Part shown: positions 1 through 13,944 of the stretch, piece after piece
Numbering within the stretch: the first letter of the stretch is position 1
Layout of the letters: each line of letters starts with the position of its first letter
Assembly: GCA_043228905.1 (NCBI GenBank)
Contig: JBHGNT010000009.1
Location: 10,354,001-10,418,000, forward strand
Direction: 5' to 3'
Origin: Azolla caroliniana
Taxonomy: Eukaryota > Plantae > Polypodiophyta
Length of the DNA stretch: 64,000 nucleotides
Notes under the pieces: model-generated
What the model saw: the letters and a program-made list of their open reading frames with translations, nothing else
What the model was told of the DNA's origin: nothing
Databases searched by the model: none
Translations under genes and position numbers: made by a program

Positions 1-1843
1 GAGGAGAAAAGCTTTAAGAAAACGGAAACTTTGAAAGCTGAGGAAGTGGAATGTGATGATGAGAAGCATGTTCAAAGAAGAAGAAGGGAGGAGGAAATCT
101 TTGCTAAAAAGGAAGCTTTAAAGGCTAAATCTGACAACAATAAACCACATCAAAACTCAATTGCTGGTACCCAAAATCACTTATCTTTGGATGTAGATGC
201 CACGTCTAATGCTGAAAAGCCAGCCTTTAATGGTAAGGTACTCAGTCTCAGTGGCCTTCTTACAAAAGAGGCAAATAGCACATCGGTTGATGAGGTTCTA
301 AAGCCTCGGCCAATGTTGAAATCCTTGTGCGAGGCTATGGACTCAGAAAAATTAAGGATTTTTATTGCTGATCGGCGCAAGGACCTAAATGGTATCAGTG
401 CCGAGCTTCCTTTTGCACTAAAATCTGCACCACATCCTGCAGTACTAGTGCTCAAAGCCTTGGAAGGCTATCATCCTCCCGAGGGCCAGAGTTCTGTCTC
501 AGTCCTGAAGAAGGAAGCTTCTTCTCTATTACTTGCTAATAAGCGAGCCTGTGTGATATTATTGGAATCACTTGCCGATGTGATGAAGGATAGAGATGAG
601 CTTTCAGAAGAATTGAAGAAGTCAGCTCAGCGGATTGCTGACTCCTGGAAGTCTAAGATCAACTTGCAAGTTGACTTGACTTCCAATCAAGCTATCGAAG
701 CTCAGAGCCTTTTGCAACTTTTGGCAACTTTTGGTCTGGCTTCGGAATATGACCCTGATGAGCTTTGCAAGCTTGTTATTCCCATCACACGGCGTAGGCA
801 GACACCCTCTCTTTGCCGAACCCTTGGTTTGTCATCGAAAGTTCCAGGTTTGTCCTTTGTCGTGACAAAGCACAATCTGATGCTTTGCTTTTAAAAAACA
901 AAGCTGTCTGCCTATTTGTATCAGACTTGATCATGTTGGAGCGCAATAATGCATTCTTCTTTGGCTATTTTCTTGGAAAATAGTTATTGTTTTGTTTGAT
1001 TTGTGTTTTCATTGTTGTCGAATTGTGCATTTTTTATTATCTTATATTTATTTATATATTTATATATTATGTTTGAGTGGCAGATATTATTGAGAGACTC
1101 ATAAAAGATGGGAAACAAATCGAGGCCATTGCTTTTGCTACTGAATTCGATCTTTTGGAGAGGTTTCCACCAGTTCCATTGCTAAAGACATATCTAAAGG
1201 ATTCTCGGAGAGTTGTCCAGAACACACCGAAGGGTCAGGTAAGAATTCCTGCACTCATGATTTTGTGTACAAAGTCATTGCTTAAGCAGACTAATTATGA
1301 ATTGATAATTATAATGACCCACAGAATGATGCTAATCACAAGGAGTTATCAGCACTAAAGGTTGTTTTGAAGGCAATAAATGATCTGAAGCTTGAAGAGA
1401 AGTATCCATCGGCACCACTTGAAAAAAGAATTGCACAACTAGAGAAAGCAAAGGCAGACAAAAAACGTACGGCTGGTACAGCCAGACCACAACAAATGAA
1501 AAGACCTAGAACAAATGTTAACTTCGGTAGTACTTCAAGAGATATGGTTCATGATAAGCCTTTCTATCAAGGAAGAGTTGCATATGGAGAACCTGTTTTA
1601 CCTTACAATGCAACAACCACCCACACTGGTTATGATCGTCATCTTTTAAATGGTTACAGTTCTACATATGCTGGTGGTGCACCTAGAAGAAGCCCTGTTT
1701 CAATGCAAAGCTCATATATCTATCCTTCTGATGCTATTGCTTCTCTTGGTTATGGATCATCAGCGTATGCTAGTACTAATGCACCATATAGTAGTTATGC
1801 CTATGGTTCTGGTTTACCATCTGGGTACCAATCATATCACTAA
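1..1843 (+). CDS. FRIGIDA-like protein, 5' partial; exons <1-847, 1084-1238, 1325-1843
   Basis: Frigida-family motifs (LCEAMDSEKLRIFI, ELPFALKSAPHPAVLVLKALEG, FPPVPLLKTYL, LEKRIAQLEKAKADKKR). GT-AG junctions CCAG|gtttgt..cag|AT and CAG|gtaaga..acag|AAT keep the frame. Tyr/Ser/Gly-rich C-terminus. Confidence 0.9.
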
Positions 1844-3524
1844 AAACGTGGTTGATTTGTACTCTCCATGGATAAATCATTCGCTGCAAGGAAAAGGAGT
1901 AGAAGCAAGTGCTATATGACCTCATTGAGGTCAATGCTCTTTACCCTGTGATAATGCTTATCAATATGTTAATATCACAAATTTGAATGCTGGCACTTGA
2001 GGTTTCTATTGGTTTGCTAACATGTGGCACATGATGTTATTATCTAAGCGACCTTTATCTTGTGATACTAAATAGCATTTCGACTGAACTACTATTTGAT
2101 GCCCATGCTTCTGAAATGGTTGTAACCCCCCCTTCAAATATGAGTATACACATATTTACTCAAGCTCCCAGGGTTCTCATTGTAAATTATAGAATATTTA
2201 TGTCTTATCTTCTTATCTTATTTTTGTAATCCTGAATTTATATGGGTCTGATTGACAATGTTGAGATGCCACAATTCAGATGAATCTATAGTAATCATAT
2301 TTGGTTGTCTGTGGGATTGGGATGAATTCAAGTTTTTTAGTCTTTCAAAAAGTCCATCCTTTATATTTTAGTGTGATATATAAGCAAAAAACAAACTTTC
2401 CAATTAGAGTTGATGATATATCATGTAAATAGACCCAACTTTGATGTATGTAACTTGTATGTGGAAAACAACCCTTGCAGACATAGTTCTGCAATATATT
2501 GAACATCTGTCATCCTAGTTGCTGGTCATCATTTCTATGCTCATTAAAGATGATGCATGATTTGAATATTAATCTTGATTAACCTCTGATGTACATTAGT
2601 TAATTTAATCCCTGATTGCCTCCAATCTTCTTATTCCCATTAGCATTCCCTTGTTCCTTTTCAGCATGATGTTGCCAAGGTTCAGTGATGTTCACCATCA
2701 CATTGTCCAGACTATTCCTAGGGATCTTGTGTTCACCCACTCTCTTTTCTTCGGTCTTGTTTTTGGCCACTTCATAATCACATGAATAGATATGCACAGT
2801 ACCTTCTTCCAATTTTCTTATCACATTGTGCAAGGGCCTTTGTTTTTTCCTTCTCCTTCCCTTTTAAGTTCTTTTTGGCCTTATCATCATCTATATTTTA
2901 TGAAAAAAGGTATGCGTCACCTTTTCTTCTTTGCTCTCGCTTTGTGTCAACCTTCTTGTTGATGTTTGACTTTTTGCTTTAAGCTTGGGTATGCCCTCTT
3001 AATTATTTCCTCCTTGTTGAGCATGAAGGTACTCTTGCTCATCCATGACATCACCATCACAAAATCTTCATTCTACATCGTCATCCTCCACTGCAAGTCC
3101 ACCGAAGATGTCATTAGAATTCAGGTTCACCAAGATGTCACGAGAATTCATGCATGCCTATGAAATTATGAGCAAGATCCTCCATTGCAAGTTCACCAAG
3201 GATGTCACACTAGAATTCAAGTTCACCAAGATGTCTCTAGAAGTTGTGCATGCGTAAGATATTATGCAACAAGGACCTAAATGATGGAAGATGGCTTGTC
3301 GATGAAGGGTTACATGAGTTAATAGTTGAGATGACACTTCTTCGACGATCTTTCTATTGAGCTTCTTATACCAATTCACACTAGTACCCTTGCAAAGCAT
3401 AGTATGTGTGTTGGATAGAAAAGGCAAAAAAGGTGGGTTTAAGTGTGAAGCCTAGCTCTATGCCGAGCCTAGACTTGGTAATGCAAGGCTATGTGTGTGC
3501 ACCATTTCCTCTTCCTTTAGCGTG

Positions 3525-3724
3525 CACTTATTCTTATTTCACATGGGTTCATGATGCCAACAAAATGTTCATTGACTTGTTGGTATTTATCGCTTGCTTC
3601 ATTTTCATCATTTACGCATTGTAACACATCACTTATTCTTATCTCACATGAGTGCTTGATGCCAACAAACTGTTCATTAATTTGGTGGTATTTACTACTC
3701 ATTCATTTTCATCATTTACGCATT
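3525..3724. repeat. ~103 bp direct tandem duplication (2 copies)
   Basis: cacttattcttat..tgatgccaacaaa..ttcattttcatcatttacgcatt occurs twice back to back. Confidence 0.8.
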
Positions 3725-4487
3725 TTAGTTCATCTTTTTCCCTCCACTATCCCCAACAATGTTGTGAAGTATTTACTTCACCTGTAGAAATTCTAATTAA
3801 AAGAACAAATGTTTGGTTTGAAGATGATTTATCTCAATTGAATTAATTTAGTCCATGTGTTCTAAATACAGTCAAGGGTTTAAACAATTCAAGATTCAAG
3901 ATTATTTTGACAGATCCAATGTCAAGTGACAAATATAAACCCCACAGACTTGAGCTTAATCAATTGGACAATTCCACATGTTATACACAGGGTCAAAGGT
4001 TTGAATCATTGAATACGAATGTGTATGATAAATCAACAATGAATCCCTATAAAGTCTATTAAAAGTCTAGACATAATTGTTTTGCATGCATGCTATTATG
4101 TGGTAGTATACATGGTAGTATATGTGGCAACATATGAATTACATGCAAAGCACCTTCAAGACATATATATAATTACTCTCACAACAATTGATCAATGAGG
4201 GACATGCCACTACTATTGTTAGTTTATGTTTGAGTGTTTGAATATTGGGCTTAGGGGATCACTAAGTATCCTATATTATAGTTACATATATATTAATACA
4301 TACATTAACTCTATAATTAGAAGTCTATTGGACAACCAATAGTCATGTCGCAATGTTGCACCTTGTGAAACACCTCAATCCTTTCAATTTCACAAGTAAT
4401 GGAAATTTTAAGATTTTATTACATAATTTAAAGAGAAAACAAAGGAAGAATAAGATGGTGGTTTCAAACCCCGTACGTCAATTCAAT

Positions 4488-4803
4488 AACACTTTGCGAA
4501 CTATCAATATAAGGTAATAGAACTTAGTAAGAAGAATAAACATTCAAGATGCAAGATGTTGTTTCATCTACACATTGTTTTTTGACATGCAAGATGTCTT
4601 GTAAGATATGAGTTGTAAATGATTCCTTTGTACATTCTTAACTAATGGAAGTAGATGTTTTTTGGAAAAAAAAAAAAAACATTCAAGTAAAACTTTACGA
4701 ACTATCAATAGGGTAATAGAACTTAGTAAGAAGAATATACATTCATGTAACACTTTATGAACTATCAATAGGGTAATAGAACTTAGTAAGAGGAATTTAC
4801 ATT
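4488..4803. repeat. ~60 bp repeat, 3 copies
   Basis: actttxxgaactatcaata..ggtaatagaacttagtaag at ~4490, ~4692 and ~4752. Confidence 0.8.
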
Positions 4804-5815
4804 TAACCCGTCCATAAACTTATGCCTCCAAAGTTTAAAACAAAAGCCCAAAGGTGCAAAAGTTACAACAATCACATAGACTCACATCTATGGAAGATAA
4901 CATGTTATTTTAACAAAGGCTTTTGGGGATTACTAGGAGAGCAATGTAGTTCAAAATCAATTGTAATGAGGAAATATTAATATAAACTTTAGGGTTCTTT
5001 CCTTTAATTGTAAACTTGTTCTATCTTGCGTTGTGAAATTTAATACATTCTATGCAAATTCAAGTATGATGGGCATCTCTTCTCGACAAAGCTCACATCT
5101 TCACTAAGTCAAATAATACAACAATCAGTCAAATATAGTAACACTACGTATGGTAATATATTAGATACTTTAGAAAAAGACAAGAGTTGTAATGGACAGC
5201 TTTAAACTCTAAAGAACATAAATATGATAAGGGCCAAATAAGGCTTTAATATTGTACAAACGGAAAAAGGGGTGATGGAAGCATGATCTCACTCCATGAC
5301 TAGCATTTATCAATGCCAAGGCAAGAAAAAGAATGTAATTTTAGAGAGCACCTTAGACTAAATCTTAGAATGAAAATTGAGCCCATTGCACTTAATTAAG
5401 AGACCGATGATCAAAGATCTATTGTACTATCTTCATTAATGAATTTCATTCAGCATTTCTATCAATTGATGTCAACCCTTCTCTTAATATTTTGCATTAA
5501 GTATTTTCATAAATCTCCTCTTACGAGTTTATATTTGTTGAAGGGCCTTCCCTCCTCATTCACCTTTCCATCTTTTGATAGATCCTTAAGCTTACTTTGT
5601 TCTTGTTTTATGCTTTGTGACAAGCATGTTGTTTGTACCATACCATACGGGTACAATCTTCATACGCAAAGCATTGTGTAATTGGATGTAGATCTAACAA
5701 TTGTCAAGATTATCATCAATCATCGTGCATATTGGTCTTTCTCTTTAGTGAGAGCCACCTTGTCTTCCAACTCTATATGCCCCATAAACTTTTTGCTCTA
5801 GCCTCTAGGCATGCT

Positions 5816-5938
5816 CCAATATATATTAAAGAACTTGGTAACATTTGCAAGTGACATAGGTGTTTCCCAATTCTTCTCCAATATATATTAAAGAACTTGA
5901 TAACATTTGCAAGTGACTTAGATGTTTCCCAATTCTTC
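5816..5938. repeat. 62 bp tandem duplication
   Basis: tccaatatatattaaagaacttg..acatttgcaagtgac..tgtttcccaattcttc twice. Confidence 0.85.
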
Positions 5939-8104
5939 TCTCGATCCCACAAAAAGAAGATCTTGGAGTGGAGGATAGCATGACGTAAGAGGGGACATGG
6001 TTGGGATCTCATATGTTGTGTTGCAAAGAAAGTAATCATTGTGCCATAGGCACCACCATGTGATTGTTTCTATTAGTTCTCAACTCCAAGAAGAGCAACA
6101 ATGAGCTCTAACCACTTGAGGAGTAAGAGTTTTCTTGAACTTCCTTATTCCATGATTGACAATGGATCTTTCCAATGTGTGAACTCGTAGTCCTCATGAC
6201 TCCATCCATATGAGCCATGTGCATGTTAATATCTTTACCCAACATCGATGCATTAATGGCTTCATACTTTCATGTTCAAAGGTATTCAATTTCATCACCA
6301 AACAATGTACGATTATGAGAGATTTGATGATGTCAATAGGATAACTTACTGGTTATAATAGAGGATAAGACTTTTCTTTCATCTTCAAATATCGTCCACA
6401 AGTTTGATGCTTTAATTGATTCACGAAGTTTGTTGCAAGATGTCATTGAAACGTAGTAATCTACCAACAATGTAGTGTATTAATAAAACTTCATCGTGCA
6501 TCGATTTACATGCTAGCTACATTAATGAGTCAATTAAAGTTTTCCATGAGGTGGCAGAAAGTGAAAGTAATCATGTACAATGATTATGTAGTTTGTTGAT
6601 ATACAATGGATCCCACATAAAATCAAGGTTTACAAATAGAAGTCATATTTTAAAACATGTGTGAACTCTACTTTCCTTTTTTCTTTTGATTAAGTGACAA
6701 CCGGAAAGTAAATAATACTCATGAGGTGCTTGTACTCATTTAGGAATATCGATGTAGTGGGCCTACTCAAAACAAAAGCAAAATCCATTTGTGCAAGGAT
6801 TTGGTTAAAAAAGTGATCCAACATGTGTATCTTTGATTAATGCAAACATACAATCATGTTGTATAGCATATATGGGATACAAATTGATTTCCAACCCTTC
6901 AAGTTCACTTACAATGTCAAAATCCCAAAAGGAAATTTACACTACTGTTATGAAACCAAAACCAATGCAAGCATAAACCAAAACGTTTGTCACCTTTAGG
7001 CTTGTTAAACACACAAATCCAATCAAATAAAATGTGCATTTCGCGCTTCTAAACCCAATGCCTATAATTAAGGGGAAGGCAATTCAATTTGAGAGAGTTT
7101 ATCGGCTAAAGAGACGAGAATTTGTTCTATGTGATATGTGCTATTGCCACATTTACATAATAAAATTGTCTTAGTTCATATTCTAAAAATGTCATTTATG
7201 AAATGTCCCATTTTAGTAGAAGCTAGGTGAGCTTGAGTCAAAAGAGAGAATTTGAGGACAAGAAAGACCACTGCACCCCAAAAGTGACCCAAAATTATTT
7301 ACCATTCTTTGAAGAATGTTTGTCATTAAATGCTCAATGTGGTTGCTAGTAAATGAGTATTTAAAGGAGTCACAATCTAACTCACGATAATAAGTTGACA
7401 CATTTATCGTGGGCATTTTTACTCCACAAATGGGCAATGTTGTGGGCCAATAATACATACTTACTGAATCCACAATGTTAAGAAGTGGGTCGATCCTATC
7501 CATGCCTCTTAGGCAAATTAAGTGAAGATTTATCCAACCATGGGATTAGCCAACATATGGCAATCTCATGAAATGGAGTGAGAGTCGAGGCATCTAATGT
7601 CGTAGCCTAGGTACAACATCGAGCAACCTAACAAATGAGGGAGGGACTATGATTCTTCACTCGTAACCACCAACAATGACCCTCCGCTGATTAAGAAGAA
7701 CAAGTGGAGACTCAGTGACATTTTGTGCATATCACATTTCGAAACGTCATGCCTTCAAATTATGCTTTCTTTTTCCCATTTTATAATATTTAAATAAATT
7801 CAGAAACAACGACGCATCAACTTTTCAAAAGATTGGAATTGCTATGTATGTATTGATCACTCTTCTCATGTGCCCTTCCATCATAGTGTGTCACTTTTTT
7901 TTTCTCATAAAATTAGCTTACCCTAGTAGTAAAATTACTTACTACTTATTACTAGTGATCCTAGGCCTTCGTTGTGTGTAACCGATGACTTCCCTCCCTT
8001 AGGGTTTCAAAACCCAAAAGAAAGGAATAAGACAAAACAAAAAGCCCTTTTCCAAAAAATGCCAAAAGGAAAAGCCCAAAAAGTGGATAAGAATGACTCT
8101 ATAA

Positions 8105-8145
<41 letters not shown>

Positions 8146-8486
8146 TGTACACATTGTATGGTTGAGAGAGGACACTCCAACAAAGAGGCAAACTAAAGCA
8201 AATGTAAATTGACCTAATTCCTTCTTCTTCCATTCACTCATGGGTTTCTATTTGATGCTAAGCATTAGGGGCATCTTATCCATCCATCCCCTAACCTTCT
8301 TGGTTAATGATCTCACACCATCAACCTGAATTTCAAGTTTTGTCGCCGGGGGGGGGGGCAAGCAACAACAAGAAGATCGGACATCGATCGCATTGTGTGT
8401 GTGTGTGTGCCCTCGTGATTGATTGATTTATCGGGCAGAGGAAGAAAAAGATCGGTGGTAGGAGAAGCAAGCGAAATTTGTTATTG

Positions 8487-11400
8487 ATGGCATTGCCTAT
8501 CGCGTACGCGAACAACACGGCGAGCGTGCCGGACTGGCTCAACAAGGCGGACAACGCGTGGCAGCTGACGGCGGCGACGCTGGTCGGCCTACAGAGCGTC
8601 CCGGGCCTCGTCATCCTCTACGGGAGCATCGTGAAGAAGAAGTGGGCGGTGAATTCGGCATTCATGGCTCTCTACGCGTTCGCCGCGACCCTCTTGTGTT
8701 GGGTGACATGGGCGTACAAGATGGCGTTCGGGGATCGGCTCCTCCCGATCTGGGGGAAGGCGGGGCCGGCCCTCTCGCAAGATTACCTTGTCGGCCGGGC
8801 ATACCTTCCGGCCACCATGATACGCGGCCACATTTCGGAGGGGGGGGTCGGGGAAACCGAGACCCCACTCGTCCAGCCCTTCTTCCCGATGGCCGCCATG
8901 GTGTACTACCAGTTTGCGTTCGCGGCCCTCACCGTCATAATCCTCGCGGGCTCCCTCCTCGGCCGCATGAACATCAAGGCGTGGATGTTGTTCGTGCCGT
9001 TGTGGGTCACCTTCTCCTACACCGTCGGCGCCTTTAGCCTATGGGGCGGAGGCTTCCTCTTCCAATGGGGCGTCCTCGACTACTCGGGCGGCTATGTCAT
9101 CCATGTCTCATCTGGCGTCGCGGGCCTAGTAGCCGCATTTTGGGTAACCCCTAATAAACCCCCAATGTTTGTTCCCTAATATGTTTGCCACATATTTATT
9201 ATATGTATAGTTTGCTTAATGGGTATGATCCCATATGTATATAATGTATCCATCCAAGGAGCTTCAACAGAAGCTATATAATATAGGTGTAGAGGGAGGG
9301 TGAACTTAAAGCTAGGAGTGTGTTTTTATGTTTAGTTTATACCCACTTAAACCCTATACCCCTTTTCTTTTGGGCCAGTACTAGTAGTAGAGAAAAGCAA
9401 AGCATCATCCCTAAGCTTCTGCTTTTTTGACATGTCTCTTAATTCTCCATTGAAAATTAAATGGAGACTTACTTAATTCATTCTCCATTACTTGGTAGAG
9501 GTGTCACAGTTATTTATTATACATGTATCTTTTGCAAAACGACTATAAATAATAACCCTTAGTTTCCAAGCAAATAAATGGTGCGGGTTCGATTCTCGCT
9601 TCCTCTGCCAAGTCAAAGGGGGTTTGTTTGTTGTCCAAAATCCCGATTGCTTTTTGGGACCAGTACAGAGATGCATAATCCTTTTGATGCTTTGAACTTG
9701 AACAGCTTGCTTGGAGAAAGCCTGTTTGTTCTCAAACTATGAAGGGAGTGGTTTTGTAGACTAAATTTGTTGCTGTTAGTGGGCTGCTATATAAAATGTA
9801 GGTTCAAGGGAACCCATGGCAGTGTTCCGTCTTATACGTAGTAGGTCTAATGTTAGAAGGTTAATATACATGGAAACATGATGTTAGGAGCTCTAAAATG
9901 TTGACAAACTTCTTCTCGATGATGATCATGGATAGATCAAAGTACATATTGTCCTCAAAGTCGGAATCATGAACCCCCACCTAAATATTCAAGTTGTACT
10001 ATGGAAACAAGATGATGGGGTAGCCACTAGTGAGTGATTGAGCACTGAGTGAGACTTTTAACTAGGTGTTTGTTGTATTATATGCAAAAAAGGAAGATTG
10101 TTGGGAACAAGAGTGTTGTAGGTTGGACCACGGTTGACGAAGGATCGGGAACGATTTCCGCCCAACAACATCTTATTGACATTGGTGGGGGCAGGGCTAC
10201 TTTGGTTGGGTTGGGCGGGCTTCAATGGTGGTAGTGGTTTCTCCGCGGACATTGACTCCTCATTGGCCGTGCTCAACACTCATGTGTGCACTGCCACAAG
10301 TCTCCTCGTGTGGGCAGCCCTCGACGTCCTCATCTTCGGCAAGCCATCTGTCATCGGCGCGGTGCAAGGCATGACCACAGGCCTTGTCTGCATCACTCCA
10401 GCTGCAGGTAATATATATAAATATATATATGCATGTGATTATGTGATTATGTTTACGTTCATCATGCCATTTCTTTAGATTTGGATCCATGTTTGATGGG
10501 TTTCCAAGTTGTATTTCATTGTTAAAAATGTCACTCCATGAATGATTTGTTTCAAGTATTCCACTGGAACAAATGAATAAACTTTGAAAAGAAAGTCTAG
10601 TTATGTCTAATATGCCCTGCTCAGTAGAAAAGAGAATGGTGCTGTAGTGATGGATGAGCACATGATCAATACAAATGCCCTTTTTAGAGTCAGTGATGTG
10701 GTGGTTGAGCCATGCTACTTTATAGGAGTTATTTTGAAACATATATGGAGAAGGCGAAGAAGAAGAGGAAGTAAGTCTGTATTAACGTCTCTAAAGAGGG
10801 CAATGTGACCTATGAGACCAAACCAATATAAATCTTATACCTTGTTCCTTGTTGGAAACCTGAAGATTAACAAACCCTCAATGGGCTCCAAGTGCTGTTA
10901 TTAATTCAAATAAAAACATAGAAACATATCGACATTGTGTCCTATGGGCATCTTTTTCCCCTAAAATGAGTTTAACACTTGAGCAAGATATATATTTCTT
11001 TGCGGCAATTTGAAAGAGTAAATAGGATGCCCATACACATTAGTTGGATCTTATCCAATGTTCGTGTTTTTCTCCTCTCGAAATGTATGTAAAGAGGTAG
11101 AATATAAAAGCATCTTGTCTTTCTCCTACTCACAATTGCTAATTTTTTTGACCTTGAAGGGCTCTGATTTGGCAACCATTAAGACAGGTTCTAGAATACA
11201 AGTCTTTGTTCTTTCATGTGGTCACCTTCCATATAGAAAATAAATGTTTCACTTTCATTACGTCTCTCAACCATTGCATTGAACTTGATCCTAGTGTACA
11301 TGGTGAATTCCGTTTGCATGATTTTTATGTCCCTTTTTTATCTCCGAAAGTTACCAAGGAGTCTAGGCCCTAGGTTTCAAAAACAAGCAGCTAGCATATG

Positions 11401-12588
11401 AAATGATTGCTCGTTTGAGAGGTAGATTGTAATTAATTTTTTGACTTTTTTGCTTGTAGTTTAGAAGACACCAAAAAGAATCCTTTAACCCTTGGCCAGG
11501 CTAGCCATCACTAGCACTAGCAGTGATAATTGGTTAGGTTTTCACTAGTAGTGTAAACTCTGAAAAGAATCCTTAAATCCTCGGTTACTTAACCATCCTA
11601 AGTATCTTCCCTAGTTACTGCCTTCATAACCTGATGCCCCTTGAAAATGAAATTAGGGTAATGTTATTGTAAAATGTTAACACACCCATATCCTCCATCA
11701 GACAACAACAACAGAGGACTTGACATATCAGTGTTGCTGTTGTCCTGGCATATCAAAATTTTCCGCAAGTTATGAGGTACCGTGGTAGTTTGAATAATAT
11801 ATCCCAATCTTTATTTGAAGGGTGTTTTTTTAGGAAAAGCACAAGGTTTACTTCTTGTGGATTGCGTATGTGACTACCACAATGGGGTGACCATGATGGT
11901 AAAAACAATAGACCAAAAACCCATATAGCACAATTAAGTCGGCCTAGAGTGTGCTAAATAGAATCACAATCTTTTTGTCTACTTCTACCTAATGTTGTTA
12001 GGGGTTTTGGTGATAGGGCTAGTCCAGGGATGGGCTGCGATCGTGATGGGCTTGCTAGCAGGTAGTGTGCCTTGGTTCACAATGATGGTTGTACACAAGA
12101 AATCACGGATTTTGCAACATGTGGATGACACATTGGCGGTGTTCCACACCCACGCGGTTGCCGGCATATTGGGTGGTCTTATGACTGGCCTCTTGGCGGA
12201 CCCGATACTCTGCAGCTACTTTAGACCTGGCGTGAAATCGGGCGGATCCTTCTACGGTGGACAGGGTAAAGATCAAATTGGACGACAACTCGTGGGTGCT
12301 CTCTTCATCATCGGATGGAATGTTGTTGTGACATCCCTCATTTGCTTGGTCATAAAGTTGGTAGTTCCATTGAGGATGTCAGTGGAGGAGTTGTCGACAG
12401 GTGATGATGCGGCTCACGGTGAGGAGGCGTATGCACTGTGGGGTGATGGCGAGAAGTTCAACGACAATCGATTCAATGTAACCAGCAACATTCCCATGTC
12501 AAACATCCAAGACTCAGAGCATGGCATTGCCGCGCACTACAACCTGCCCAAGGACAGCCTTACCACTTCCTCCACCGTCCATATCTAA
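8487..12588 (+). CDS. AMT2: Ammonium transporter, AMT2/AMT3 (MEP-like) clade; exons 8487-9143, 10122-10407, 12017-12588
   Basis: [96 protein letters not shown]. Canonical splice sites give a continuous frame. Confidence 0.96.
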
Positions 12589-13944
12589 TTCAATTCTTGG
12601 CACATTTTTACTCTTGCAAAGCTTGTTTTGTTTCTTCAACTCAGAGATATGCCCTCTCATTTATCTCTAATTATATGGTTCAAGCTTATCTTGTTTCTCC
12701 CTTAATGTAGACACATCCATTTTCAGATATTGTAATGTGCAAGAGCAATTGATCTTCCTAACCTACATTGTTGTAGTCCCAAGCATGTCTAGGAAAATAA
12801 TAGATAGAGGATTACATCCCTTTATCGCTAGTGCCAAAACTAAGTAACTTAGCTAGCTTTTCTTTAGTATTGGTTTTAATAGTTCTCACACCCAAACGGT
12901 AACCCTAGATATTAGCTCACATCTAGCCTTAAAAGGGTCCAAAAACTCAATGTTGAATATGAGAACAAGGTTTGCTCTTCTATATATATGCATTGCCATA
13001 AGAATATGGATTTTTTAAGTAAAAGATGAGCAGAAAACTCAATTGGAACCTATTATCGCAATTATTGCGTATCAGGTGAGAAAATCCTTGAGCTCTAGCA
13101 ATATTTACCAATATAACCCTTTCTCTAATGCTTATAGTTAATTATGTGTAAACTCATCATCCCAAGTACATTCCTTGGTAACACAGGATAACATTCCTCA
13201 ATCGCTCATTTCGTTTGTGTCCATTTGCTATTGGAATTAATTAACATAAAAAAATGATGTAAATTACATACTTGATGTAGTCAATGGTTCATATCCAGTG
13301 AATACTAATTATTAACATCCTATAGCCCAAAAGCTTTAATATTTGTATAATATGAATCAACTTGTGATCCTAGTCAAGTGATGTAAATTACCCAAAAAGC
13401 ATCATCCTGATGATGAAACCAAGACAAAGTTCATCGATGTACACAAATTATTTTCTTCCTACGTCAATGGGCCACATACTAGCAAGCATTTTGCTTTAGT
13501 AATTTTGACATTGTAAGTAGACCTTGTCAGAATAGAAGACTTGCACATTTTGGTGTCAATGTACATAATTCCAAATCATCACAGTTAGAACATGATTAGT
13601 TAGTTGGACAATAGGAATATGCAGTTAACTAAAAAGGGTATAAACCATGAGCAAACTCAATATACAATCTGATTTCTTTGCAACAATATGTTTTCTCTAT
13701 TGAAAAATGAAGGCTGAACCTAGTGTACAATGCTTTTATTAAGTCATGAAAGTTGACATTGAAAGCAAAGTATTTTTAGCTTTAACTCTACTAACCTATG
13801 TGCATTAAATGGAGCATTTAATACACACTCAACAAGAATATATATAAATATATCCAAATCCCTTTTAGGGTTAACGACAAAGATGCTTACATGTGTGGTT
13901 CATTACGGATTACAAATCAGCTTAATTAAGCAAAAATTTCTGTG

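Noticed and set aside
1917-1933. Palindrome tgacctca-t-tgaggtca in the FRIGIDA-like 3' region
   Set aside because: An 8 bp stem is expected by chance in 64 kb.
2600-7700. Short ORFs and repeats as coding genes
   Set aside because: Stop-riddled, AT-rich, probably old TE debris; no family could be assigned.
8558-9037. Alternative-frame and antisense ORFs over AMT exon 1
   Set aside because: By-product of high GC; likewise ORFs over microsatellites and TE antisense strands.
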